From Girardia tigrina (lineage: Eukaryota): a stretch of DNA of 64,000 nucleotides. Location: assembly GCA_001938485.1 (NCBI GenBank), contig MQRK01234846.1:1-64000 (forward strand). The letters are read 5' to 3'. Positions 52,019-64,000 of this stretch are shown here, one piece after another. The notes under the pieces were generated by a model. That model saw only the letters and a program-made list of their open reading frames with translations. It ran no database searches and was not told the DNA's origin. Both the position numbers and the translations under genes were made by a program. The first letter of the stretch is position 1; each line of letters opens with the position of its first letter.

Positions 52019-53315
52019 TTGGGTTGAGGAATAAGTTTTTTGATAAATTAAAATTTTATTTTTTAACAAAAAAGTTACTACAAATTAATCACAAATATAA
52101 TATCCGCCATTGTTCACGACTTCTTCCCAACGTTCAACGAGTTTTTCAATGCCTCTTTGGTAGAAATCGCCCGGTCTTGACTCGAAGAATTCAGCCAACC
52201 AAACTTGCAGTTCTCCATCATTGTTGAACGAAACACCACGCAAAGTGTTAGAAAGCGAACGGAAAAGATGAAAATCAGATGGAGCCAAGTCAGGTGAATA
52301 CGGAGGGTGCGGTAACACTTCCCAACCAAGCGTTTGAATGGTTTCTTTTGTCATTCTGACAATATGACGACGTGCATTGTCGTGTTGCAAAATAACGCCA
52401 TGTTGTCGATCCGGATGTTTTTGTCTTATAGCGGCGTTTAGTCTGTGCAGCTGTTGAACATAAAGTTCTGCGTTCACTGTTTGGTTTCGAGGAAGGAATT
52501 CATAATGAATAATCCCTTCCCAACCCCACTAAACGCATAGCATTGTCTTTCGTGGGTGAAGATCCTGTTTTGCTCACGGTGTCGATTGTTCTTCTCGGCT
52601 ACGCCATTTTTTGCGCTATTTCATGTTGACGTACAGGCACCATTTTTCATCACCCGTTACAATTCGATAAAGAAATTGTTGCTTAAGACCGTGAGTAGAG
52701 CGATGACGGGCAACAAACTCGCCGAAATTGTGGATCGCTGGTTTTTGTTGTTTTCGGTCAAAAGATGTGGGACCCAAGCTCCCATTTTTTGAACTTTTCC
52801 CATTGATTTCAGGTGGTTCACGACAGTTTTTTGATCACAATCCATTTGTTCCGCCAATTCTCGAGTGGTTTGACGCGCGTCTTCATGCAAAATTTTGTTC
52901 AAACGCTCTTCATCGAATTCATTTGGTCGTCCTGAACGAGGTGCATCCTTGAGGTCAAAATTGCCAATTTTAAATTTTGCGAACCAATCACGAGCGGTTC
53001 TATCAGCTCTAGCACCTTCTCCGTATACAGCACAAAGCTCTCGGACAGCGTCTGCGGCTTTGGCGCCTCGATTATACGCAAACAATAGATGGTATCGGAA
53101 ATGCTCATTTTTGTCGACTTGACACTCCATTTCAATGGTCTAAAAATCGACAAAAATTAATCTGAATAAAAAAACAAAATACACCATTTTTTAGAGCAAA
53201 ACAATAGCTTTCAAATAACATATAACATTACATCAAAAAATTTGATTTAAATATTAAATTGATTAAAAATTGATTAAAAATTCAAAAAACGACGGGAACG
53301 TATTCCTCAACCTAA
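52019..53315 (-). mobile_element. Full-length mariner (DD34D), transposase 52085-53130 frameshifted
   Basis: TIRs ttgggttgaggaata / tattcctcaacctaa with TA TSD; WVPHLL, DEKW, QHDNARRH, HPPYSPDLAPSDF. Confidence 0.96.
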
Positions 53316-54086
53316 TAAATTGATATTTAGCAATGTAAAGAACACAAACTAAGGAATAAAATTTATTAAATAAAATATTGATCAGGGTTTGATGACCAAT
53401 TAAACTAGGAAATCCTCGCTCTTTTATATTAAGGCAATATTATATAATATGCCCTGGAGTCAGTCTGTTCAATTGCATCTGACCTTACAATTGCATATTT
53501 CGGTGATGTCAGGACAGAAAATCACCGGAATTCGAACTCTAGTGATGTCATGAGATGTGACGTCATTGAAGTTCAATATTATAGAAATGGTGATGAATGG
53601 CATCACAGTAAGCAATATAATTAGTAAATTAGTGACAAAAAATCTTAATTTATCAAATAAATTAATGTTATTATTATTTTCGTAAAATTCTCACAAAATT
53701 CCTTGTGTCAATCATCCAAATCGGCATTATTCGAAATCAGTGTTGATTTAACAATCTGTCGACCAGTTCGGTTTTCCGCTGCCTTCCCGGTGTCTTTTAC
53801 GAAGGCGCTGCACCGACAAAACTGTCTTGGTGTGGGCTATCCAGATTGACCACATCCTTACGTGGATTCGCTCCTGTTCATCCGCAATTTCACATTTTGA
53901 TAAAAAAGTGACCGACCAACCAACAAACTAACTAACTAACTAACATCTTAGACAAATATATTATATATTACTTTGTTTTACATTGTTTTTTGATTGATTG
54001 TATAAGGGTGCTTATTAGCTTCTTTCTAAACAACGTTCAATATCATTTTAGGATAGTGCTATGGTAAATCAAAATGTCAAATTTAA

Positions 54087-54354
54087 CCCTTGAATTCATC
54101 TTGTATCAAAAATGATACAACAAACGTTTGAAAGTGCCATGCATCCAGTTTGTGTAAATAATTGCTGTCCTTTGTAAATAAATTATCTTTGTACATTTTT
54201 GTCTATGACGATTATNNNNNNNNNNNNNNNNNNNNNNNNNNNNNNNNNNNNNNNNNNNNNNNNNNAAAACTCCCGCCAATATTGATAAAATATACATCAA
54301 ATCTAAACAGAAAAAAATATTTCATGAAAAAATAAAAAATCATGCATTTAAGGG
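54087..54354. mobile_element. piggyBac-type MITE
   Basis: TTAA|cccttgaattcat ... atgcatttaaggg|TTAA. Confidence 0.8.
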
Positions 54355-54830
54355 TTAAATCTTTTATTTATTATGACAAACAGTATATTTAAACAAACGA
54401 ATTTATTTGTTTAATAATTACTGTTACAGATAGACTATTCATAGGCTATAAATAGCCAGATTGTAGGATGCTTAATTCCAAATTCAGTCTACATTTTTGT
54501 GAATAACCCCATAACAATTATTCGTCCTGCTACCACTCGAAGACATTTCAGCACAAAATAATACTCGTCCACTGATTGCTCTGCAATTCTAAGTTTTTAG
54601 AGTCAATCTAGTGCTTTTGGAAAATCTTTCGGAGTATTGTCAGAAAAGATTTCAAAGAAACTAAAACTAGAACAAATATTTTTCTTGTAGGTAATGCAAA
54701 ATTATTATAGTTATATATTTAATGCAAATAGTCTTCAATATATTTTTCTTCGTGTTTTCATAATGTGAAAAAACATCGAAAGGTAGCTGCACGAGGAAAG
54801 CATTTTTAATAACATTCGTTACAGGATTTT

Positions 54831-57800
54831 TGCAACAACGAATAACAAATCTATAAAATTTATTTTTCAATAAAAAATACTTTTAAATAGATATTATTTA
54901 AACAAATAATTATCATTATTTTTTCATGTTAAATATTTCATTTAATAAATAAATTTAACATGTAACACTCCCCCCAGATTCTTCATCACAAGAATCTATA
55001 TCTACCACATACTCGTTCAAATATTTCGGTTTTCGTCTTTCTCTTTGGGGTCTGTTGCTGATTCCCGATTCACTTTGCTTAACACTCGGAGCTGATTCGT
55101 TGTTATATTCCAACATGTATTCCGAGTAAGAGTTTCGCGGCAAGTCTGGTTGTCTTGGTCGAATATCTGCTATATGCCGTGGACCGCAAAAACCATCACA
55201 ATTTATTAAGTACTGTCTTTGATCCAATTTCCTAACGACAACGCCTCTTGTCCATTGCTTTGTACATGGCATATTATTTTCAAGCTTTACCCAGACTAAC
55301 TGTTGCTCTACGAAGTCTGTGTTTACCTTATTGTAAACCGGCTCCTTTTCAATTCTTTCGATTATCTCCAAACCGACTGGAATGTACTTTTAAAGTGCTT
55401 AACTAGGTTCTCCTTTCTGTCGGACGGTGTATTGTTATACCACCATAAGGCTTCCATGATACTGATATTCGATCTAGATGCTATTCTCTTGATTGTTTTA
55501 TGATTTCTCTCTATTATTCCGTTGCAATTTGGTCGATTAATAGCGCGGTATAGGACATGTACATTCCACTTCTCCATCAACTTGCTGAATTCGGTTGAAT
55601 GAAATGTCGTATAATTGTCAATAATCAACTCCTTTGGAGATCCACGCTCGCAGAACAAATTTGAAAACTCTGTAACAATCAACTTGACATCCTCAGCTTT
55701 GTTTGTTTCCATACAGCAAATCGAGAGGGTCCACAATCAATGATACTTGATTTTTATTGATCAAATTTTGTGACATCCGCTGCAAGTCTTGTCCAGTTTT
55801 CATTGACAGCTAATTTTCCAAATTCCCATTTCATTGGCACCGGATCAATAGATTGACAACTTTGACACTTCGAGATCAAATCCTATATATCTGCATTTTG
55901 ACACATTTATTTCCAACTTATCGCACAGATATCGCATTCTCTTTGCACCTAAATGACATCTGTCATGAAGTTTCTGTAGTTTGAATAGGTCATCTGTTAC
56001 AGACAAAAGGTAACTGCTTCGTTTTAATTGTTTAGGTATTCGGAGCTTTATCAAAAGGTCTTAAGAGGCTTTCGTGTGTAATTTATTTCGCTCTGATTGT
56101 GCTTCAGTTATCCAAGAAACAACTGATTTGTTATCTGACTTTACTATAACATTCGTTAGTCCTCATTTAATACACAGATTTAGACCCTTTACAACTGCTT
56201 TTAGTTCTGCTACGTTTATGTGCCTATAATCGTTAGTTTTCCTTAACCACGATGCGTCTTCTATAATATTTCCTTTAACTTCCAATGCTGCCCCAATGGC
56301 TGTCGAACTGGTATCACACCATATGATGCCGTTTTTACAATCATCAATACTCCATATTCCTCTACGAGGATCTTTCTCCTTAACTTTTTTCAAAACAAAT
56401 TTGATTGTCTCCAATAATTCGACATCTATTTTCTCATCCCATTTTCCTTCACTGAGCCTTTTCATGTAGTAGCATGATGGACGTAACCATCCAGCAACAG
56501 GGTGGATTCCTATTAATTGACCACACAGGGAATATTACTCGCGACGCGATATTGATTCGGCAAATATCTCGTCCTTGAAATTATTATCTCTCATCCATCT
56601 CACTGAATTCTTATCTTTAAAGACTTTAACTCTCAACACTCATACATCTTTATCCATTGAGAGATTTTCTGGTTTTTTGCATTTAAGACTAAATTTCTTG
56701 AACAACATTCTAATTTCGTCAACTGTGATTGTAGTTTCGTCAACGTAAATGTCATCGATGTACGAGTTGGTGTTTTCACGTACTCTAGGATCAGAATTTA
56801 AAATCCACTTTACAATTTCAGTTATAATCGTCGGAGTGATATTTAAACCAAAGCCCATCCTGGTTAGAGCGTACTTTTTTCCATTAATGATACATGATTG
56901 ATAACGCCACATTTCCTTGTGAACCCGAATCTGCATATACGCCTCCGATAAATAAAGCATGGAAAATCTTGATCCTTTTCGCCATCAGGTACGAAGTTTT
57001 TCCAAGCATATATCTGCTGAGTCCACTGTACACGTCTACATAATTGTTTAATTTCCTAAAATCAAAAATCGGTCTTATCTTGGATTTGTTAACTTGCAAT
57101 ATACCAAATATTGGTATAGATCCTATCGATTTACCCATTTCCTTCTCGTCATATTCGATTAAATAACCCTTCTTCATCCACCCTTCAAGGATTTTCATTG
57201 TGGCTATGTCTTTCGATTTGTCATCCTTAAAGGTCGAATATCAAATTGATAGATAACTCGGCGCCTCATCTTTCCATTTCCATTTAACCGTCCAATTATC
57301 CTTAAGTTCAATCTCATAATTGTGTTTGTTCAGGCTAACACTTGGCACAACACTCGTGACACAACTCAGATTGTCACCAGCCTTCTTTTTTCCTTCTCCT
57401 ACACACACATACCAAATTCGATAACACCCTTATTAATTTTTACACCCCCAAGTTCACTTATAACATCCATACCAATTAAAATTCCCAAATCATAGGGTAA
57501 GTATTTCATGACAGAACATTCTACTTTCATAGTTCTATTGTCTATAGTCAATTCCACGTCACTAATCACTACACATATATCATCGCCATTAGCCAAAACA
57601 ATTCGTTGCTCATTTGACTGTAATGAGTTTCCCTTGATTAACCCTGTCAAAACAACAGTTTTTGAGCACCCCGAATCTATCAACGCTGTAACCGACTTGA
57701 TGTTAACAATGACAGTCATGGTTGGCAGCGCCGGAAATGTCAGAGGGAGAGAGCCGGCGCCTACAAACTCCCCTGTCCGTTTCCCGACTTGCAATATTTT

Positions 57801-58338
57801 GCAATATGTCCAACTTGCTTACATTTATGGTAAATTATTTGTCCATTAGATTGCCGCTGAGAATTTTCATAACGGTTTACCCTTGTTTGTACCAGATTTC
57901 CGTTATGTGGCATACGGGGTTTTGTAATGGAACTCCTTCTACCGCCGCTGACCTCACCTCTTTCTTTTGAAACGATCTTTCCATCACCAATGTTTTGTAC
58001 CGCTGACATTGAACTTTGTATGACGCACTTTTTAATTTCTAAATACCTGCGACTATATTCAACTATTTCGGTTAAATCTTGATCTCCGGCCTGCTCTAAA
58101 TTCAATTGCAACTCGAAAGGCAATCCAGCCATAAAGGCTGCCTTGGTCAGATCGTTGATTTTTGATGTTAACATCTTTACTTGAGAAACGTAATTGTCAA
58201 TAGTTTGTCCTTCGTAATATTTCAAATTAATCAGTTGGCTGTACGCAGATCGTCTGGTTAATCCGAATGAATTGTCCAAGATTTGCAGNNNNNNNNNNNN
58301 NNNNNNNNNNNNNNNNNNNNNNNNNNNNNNNNNNNNNN

Positions 58339-58375
<37 letters not shown>

Positions 58376-59137
58376 ACGGAACATCCGTCAACAAAAAAGG
58401 AAGATATGTGGCCGGATCCAAAATCCCCTGGATTTTCATAATCATCTTGAACTTTTTCTTCCTAATTTTAAAACTGCCGTTTCCATTAAATTTCTCCAAA
58501 TGATCGAGTATAATTTTTAAATCGCTTATCATTGCCCGTGTAAGTAGCGTTTATGCCACTCAGTATTATTGAATTCCGAAATCATAGTTTAACACCACAA
58601 AATTTATTAATATCAACAATTCACATATTTAAACAAATTTCGGCCAAAATGAATTCATTAAATTTTTTCGATTAAATTTTGAAATTTTACGAAATTTAAA
58701 CCTTAAATTATTTTACATTTATTTCGAAAATTTTATCATAACTAATTAATTTAAATTTACAATAAACCCTTTTATTAAAAAATTATTTCTTAAAATTTTA
58801 ATCCGTTAATTATTTATTTTAAAATTTATTCAAACTTATTTCATAAATTTTATTAAAATATATCAATTGTTATTACTGTAAGCATATTTTAATTAAGTAT
58901 TTATTTTATCATAGCGTTTATGCCACTTTCAGTATTATCGAATTCCGAAATCATAGTTTAACACCACAAAATTTATTAATATCAACAATTCTACATTTTA
59001 GTTTTTTTAATTAATTTCTTTTAAATTTTCAAATTAAAAAATAATAAACTATTTTAGCGAAACTTAAATTTCAACTAACCCCTTTATAGCCCGGATAGCT
59101 TGTAACAACGAATAACAAATCTATAAAATTTATTTTT
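54831..59137 (-). mobile_element. Compact LTR retrotransposon, copy 2 (same family as 18959-24038)
   Basis: 3' LTR 54831-54967, PPT, truncated 5' LTR 59101-59137. gag ATG 58532; CCHC-like HKCKQVGHIAKYC; PR ALIDSGCS; RT YIDD; RNH; IN. Multiple frameshifts. Confidence 0.93.
58539..59088 (-). mobile_element. Solo LTR, TA...CA family, copy D, inserted at the PBS of LTR copy 2
   Basis: tgtaagtagcg...aacccctttata; 5-bp TSD gcccg (58534-58538 / 59089-59093); internal duplication of its first ~85 bp near 58910. Confidence 0.88.
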
Positions 59138-59869
59138 ATAGATTTTACATCGCAACAAAAAATACTGACAAGAGGAATTTGCTTTTTTTGCATTAATCAC
59201 GTAAATTTGGTTAAGTAACAAAGGAGTTATCCAAATGAAATTAGACCAAGTGTTATGTAATGCTTTATTAAAAATAAAGATTCAACTGGAAACATTTTCT
59301 CATTGTTAAACATTAAAAGTCGCTCGGCATCTCCTTCCGAAGTTTCATAAACAGTATTTGATTTATGGACATATTTATTATCTTCAAAATCAAAGTTGCA
59401 ATCTCGATACTTATGTCCACATACAGTTACAAATTTGATCACGTTTCTATTATTAACCATTTGTGATGAGAAGTCGTTGGAAAGATTTTGATTCATTATA
59501 ATTTTTTCATTCAAATTTGTTTATTTTTAAATCTTTTGATTACATATTATTAACAACATTAATATGACTTCGAACATTTATTAATATCACAAGTATAATT
59601 GTTATTACAATTATTCAAACCACTTTCACTATTCGACATTTTTTCTTGATTCATAATTTTCTGTCTCATCCTAGTTTTTTGAAAGTAAATTGGAAAATAA
59701 TTATAATATTAAATAATTATCAAAACTCTCATAGGTTAAAATCATATCTAAACATTATACCAATTAAATTAAAATTTTAAATTAAAAAATTAAATATTAT
59801 ATTTGAAAATCTAAATATTGCATTTGAAAAATATTTTCAAATAGTTATTATTAAATTATGAAGACTATT

Positions 59870-60420
59870 TATTTAATAAACCCATCCATCCATTTCTGAA
59901 CTCGAAACTCTTTTCATTTTGAAGACATAAAAGCTGTCTGTAAATGCCTGACATGTTCATAAAATTTAAGTGCCTTTAGTTTTATTAAATAACTAGTTAT
60001 TGAAAATTTTTTTACTCAAATCTTCAATCCAAATTTAAGAGCTTTTTTGATCTTTTCTAATAAATTGTTTATCGAGCATGAATATAGTTTGGATTCCAAA
60101 CTTTGGAATTCAACTGAATCCCGACAATAACAGATTTTCTTATTGTAACTTCTTTAGTTTTCATCGCTCATATCGTTGTTTCACCTAAGTTAATTTATTT
60201 ACCAACGCTTGTTGATCGTTCTCTTTTTCTAAGCAATCTAAAACTTCAATTTCCATTTCCAACGTAATCGCCTTTCGTTGCTTTTTATTTTTCTTTATTA
60301 TAGTTAATTATTTTCTAAATAATATTTATTCAAACAAATTAAAACTTTTTTAAAAATTTTAAAATTTTTGAACAAATTATCCGCATAAAAACAGACCGCA
60401 TAAAAGGAGGACCAAGTGTA
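59870..60420 (-). mobile_element. Tigger/pogo-like 5' fragment (CENP-B-type HTH)
   Basis: KQRKAITLEMEIEVLD..; TIR-like tacacttggtcctccttttatgcgg. Confidence 0.65.
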
Positions 60421-61257
60421 GTGTAGATGATCAAATAAAGATCATTAATCGAAATTTGCAAAATAGTCGCTGAACGTTTTCCAAAATATTTAGGTGCCCA
60501 TTACATAATGCTTTGGTTGAATGTCACTCATAACTAGAATGACTAGTGCTCAGGGTCTTTGCATGAATGTCGGGAGAGCCAGTAGATGTGGGAAGGAAAA
60601 TAACATATTACATTTCACCTATTTCATTTCATATCAGTGGGGGATATAAATTTATAATATAAGAATTCATGGGCACTCTGTAGATAAAAGTATAAAGTAA
60701 TGTAACAACGTTCAAATCCTCTGTAACACTTAAAGATTACTACTTGAAGAAGTAGTTTACTTGTCAACAACTGACGTTGCAACTTGATGTTGTTACTTAC
60801 GTGAGCAGCATATAAAAAAATTTCTTAGCAAGAAAATTTTCGTTATAGCAAATGTTCAGGAAGATTTGATTAATCTGCATTTTAATGTGACATCTCAAAT
60901 GATGAGTGCGTTAGATAATATATAAAATATATATGATTAAATTTAATTGTTAGGAAGAATATTATTATTATTAAATTAATATTTAAAATTACAATCATTC
61001 AAATAAATATTAATTTATATAAAATTGATTAAATGTGGTTCCAATTATTTCATTATTAATTCTCGAATTTTTGTATTTGTTTTAATTATCAAATATATTT
61101 TGTGAAACGAATTCATTGGGTAATTCTACATAAAAACTAACATAAATTTTAAATAGTTACGGGTTATTTACATTTTAGTTATCTAATAAAATTTGAAAAC
61201 TCTTTTTAATAATTACTCACTTATATAAAACAATTAAAAATTCTTAAATTTTCGTAG

Positions 61258-61427
61258 AACAAATTAAAAGAAGCCGAAGAGAAAGAAAAAAATTTACAAA
61301 AGTTAAGAAATTTGATCAAAAATCCAATAATATGGTCAGTCGATGAAACAAAATGTCCTGTTTGTGAAGATGTTTTTGATCCAGGAAAGACAGTAATTCT
61401 TCACAGTTGTCATCACACAATTTGCGT
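61258..61427 (+). CDS. RBCK1: HOIL-1L-like copy 2, exon 8: linker and first half of RING1
   Basis: NKLKEAEEKEKNLQKLRNLIKNPIIWSVDETKCPVCEDVFDPGKTVILHSCHHTICV; compare HOIL-1L [25 protein letters not shown]. Phase 0 to 2. Confidence 0.92.
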
Positions 61428-61559
61428 GTAATTATTAATTTATTTATCAGTTATTTTTATCTAGAACATGTTTTAAAACTGATAATTTTATTTGAGATTA
61501 AAAATTTCATTATTTTATTTTTAGTCATTTTATTTATATTCAATAAGTCTCATTAAATA

Positions 61560-62420
61560 GTGATGAAGATTTTTTGTCGACGAATCTAGAGTTGATGTCA
61601 AAGATGGTTCATGAGATTTGAATTGGAATTAAAACAAACAGAATGTGTTAACTACAACAAAAAGGTAAGAGTTCTTGAATAACATCAACTGAAAAAATAT
61701 GTGGAAGCAAGCCCATCAAATACAAGTTAAAGATTTATTGGAATCTGTGTAATGTCGAGAGGTTTTCTCGTTAGGTGGTCAATTAAGGGTTATTTATCTA
61801 TTTGTAAAGTATATTTGGCTAACGTGTTCTTCATTCCTTAAAGGATTGACAGTGAGGATTGGAATATGATGATCGACGAGTTCATAACTTGTAACGTAAA
61901 AGAGGTTCTTCACAAAGGTAAAATGAATGATCCTTGTAATGTTATATGGAATATAAGGGAACGTAGAGTTTGCACGCTTTGATGTGATTTAAGTTACATA
62001 GCGATGACGGTTTTATTGGAAGTCGATGTTACATCTATTTAACGAAATATAATGGAAAAAGTAATTTATGTTAATTGACTGCAAACCATCGAGACTCGTA
62101 GTTTGGAGCGAAATTCTAGATGAATATGAGGTTCTATTACTAAAGCAGTAAATTCAATATTTTTTTAACTGGAAGTTTCTAGTGAATTGATATTAGACAA
62201 TTTTAATACATTTCACACTAAGGATTTTGTTGATCTGACACTTGCTTTGTGGCAGATAGCATTGATATATCGTGCCAGCAACCAACCAAATGGTAACTTT
62301 ATTGTAGAAAGAAGCAATCAAGCAATTAAGAGAATCACAATGACATAGTTATGGTGGTGCAATAATACATCAGTAGAAAATAAAGAACTGATTTGTTGAA
62401 TGTTATACAATTATAAGTGT
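61560..62420 (+). mobile_element. Old relic of the same atypical LTR lineage as copies 1 and 2
   Basis: REVFSLGGQL..WLTCSSFLKR and VKMNDPC..IWN match RRELYSMCGQL..WLRPSCYYMKR and VKEEDPCRGIWS; integrase IVERSNQAIKRI..LWWCNNT. Confidence 0.7.
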
Positions 62421-63000
62421 AACCATTTTACTTTTCGAAGCACTTCTTTTGAATAAGTTATCCAGATGCCTGAAAAAGTGGTAGTCGGTGGATAGAAGGT
62501 CTATTGATTTTGGGGGATCAAGCAGAGTCTTATAGCCAAATTCGTTCAACTTTTCTTGTTCTGAGATATGTGGTCGAGCATTATCATGAAGAAGAATTGA
62601 AGCTTGTGGTATATTTCATCGACTTTTTGACAGGACTTTACTGTCATAATCGCCTCACCCGAATTCAGGAAGCTGTGTTCGATGAAACCAGTTGATTGAT
62701 CAACTCTGAACTCTTCAAGCGGCCAAACAGTTTCGCATGGATGGGCCTCCACCAACACCTTGAATTGGTTAATTTCAATCGCCGATGGGCGGCTACAACT
62801 AGGTTTACGTTCAGAACTGGTATTGCTAGAGCAAAACTTTTGGTACCAGCGCTGCACTGAGCATTCGTTTAAGCTTCCTTAGCTCCATACTTCATTGTTG
62901 TTTCTGGCTGTTTGAGCTGCATTAGACCATAGCTAGAATATGTAGAAGCAAATATAGCCAAATCAGGCATATAATATATTGTAATCTCTACTTATTTTAA
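62420..63000 (-). mobile_element. Internally deleted mariner relic
   Basis: NAAQTARN..VQRWYQKFCS..SRPSAIE; 3' remnant GI.ITYSK..VLRK.NGY. Confidence 0.75.
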
Positions 63001-63230
63001 TATTTTATTTAAGGTCAACTTGTAATTTTTTATTAGAAATCTTAAAAGCATAAAGTAACGGTGTAATACATTTATTGATTGTGTTTAATGGCAGAAGTTT
63101 TTTATGCCATTGCAATTGTTTTTGCAGTGGACCATTTTTATTTAAGTGTTTTATATTTTTTAGATTTTAAAAATATTAGATTATTTCGATAAATTTAAAT
63201 AACCTTTTACTGAGTATTTACATTTTTTAG

Positions 63231-63634
63231 AGATTGTTTAAAAGAATATTTGAAAAATGTAGAGGATGCACAAGTAAAATGTCCAACAGCAGATTGTGTA
63301 GGCTTTGTTGAAGATCAAGAAATAAGAACTGTCAGATTTTTTTTAATTTTCACTATTTTAATAGCAATTCTAGATTCTTTCAGAAGAAGAATATGCAAGA
63401 TATGAGGAATTGAGTCTAAGGATGGCAGAAGCTAGAGATAAACAATCATTTCACTGTAAAGAAGTTAATTGTGCTGCTTGGATAGTCATTGAAGGAAATG
63501 TGAAGAATTTTAAATGTGTTCGATGTAAAAAGGAAAATTGTATACCGTGCGAAGCGATCCACGAAGGAAAAAGCTGTAGTGATTATCAAAGAAGTCGGGA
63601 AAATAAGTCAGATAACAATGAATCATTTATTGAG
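63231..63634 (+). CDS. RBCK1: HOIL-1L-like copy 2, exons 9-10 (63231-63330, 63374-63634): second half of RING1 and IBR; gene continues past the window
   Basis: DCLKEYLKNVEDAQVKCPTADCVGFVEDQEIRT|ILSEEEYARYEELSLRMAEARDKQSFHCKEVNCAAW..FKCVRCKKENCIPCEAIHEGKSCSDYQ; 43-nt intron. Confidence 0.94.
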
Positions 63635-63869
63635 GTTTTAATATTTAAAAAAATATTTTTAAAGAAATTATGAATCTATTTTGTGTGTTGTAATAATTTT
63701 TAGACAAAACTTTAAAGGTATACATATTAATATCGAAATGGTGTTTATTGGGTTCGGATTCAAAATTTAAACTAATGGCACAAAAATTATTTCTAATACA
63801 AATAAAATTTTTTAAACGATTATTTTCGAGGAACCTGAGCACTTTCTTTTTTTACACAAACCATTATAA

Positions 63870-63914
<45 letters not shown>

Positions 63915-63915
<1 letters not shown>

Positions 63916-64000
63916 CTGTAAAATCCCGAGCATAAGCTGCAAAGCGTATTAGCTGCAGAGAACGTTTTTTATAAAAGTGTATTTTTAGTCGTATAAACTG
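63915..64000. mobile_element. Start of a pogo/Tigger-like TIR element
   Basis: ta|ctgtaaaatcccgagcataagc after a (TA)n tract. Confidence 0.45.

Noticed and set aside
1-64000. Identifying the host species
   Set aside because: HOIL-1L, mariners and tiny introns suggest an AT-rich invertebrate, possibly a parasite, but the sequence alone does not support naming it.

Overview
AT-rich eukaryotic, animal-like scaffold with many N gaps. It has spliceosomal GT-AG introns and no prokaryotic features. The host content is mostly HOIL-1L/RBCK1-like RBR E3 ligase sequence on the + strand. The last two exons (RING2 plus Cys-rich tail) of one copy lie at 4267-4535. A second gene starts at ATG 11771 and has 10 phase-consistent exons to 63634, running off the window. 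It reads UBL - extra RING - NZF - RING1 - IBR. Introns are either tiny (41-59 nt) or kb-scale and packed with transposons: Ty3/gypsy-type LTR elements, solo LTRs, mariners, Penelope fragments, Helitrons, a hATm-like relic, and MULE/hAT/piggyBac MITEs. Main highlights: (1) a compact, atypical LTR-retrotransposon lineage (two near-complete copies plus one older relic) whose primer-binding site is the exact complement of the first 12 nt of tRNA-Lys(UUU), not a tRNA 3' CCA end; (2) a HOIL-1L-like gene with a duplicated RING1; (3) an LTR family with non-canonical TA...CA ends; (4) a 14-3-3 fragment captured in a TSD-flanked insert. All family assignments come from motif recognition by eye; no searches were run.
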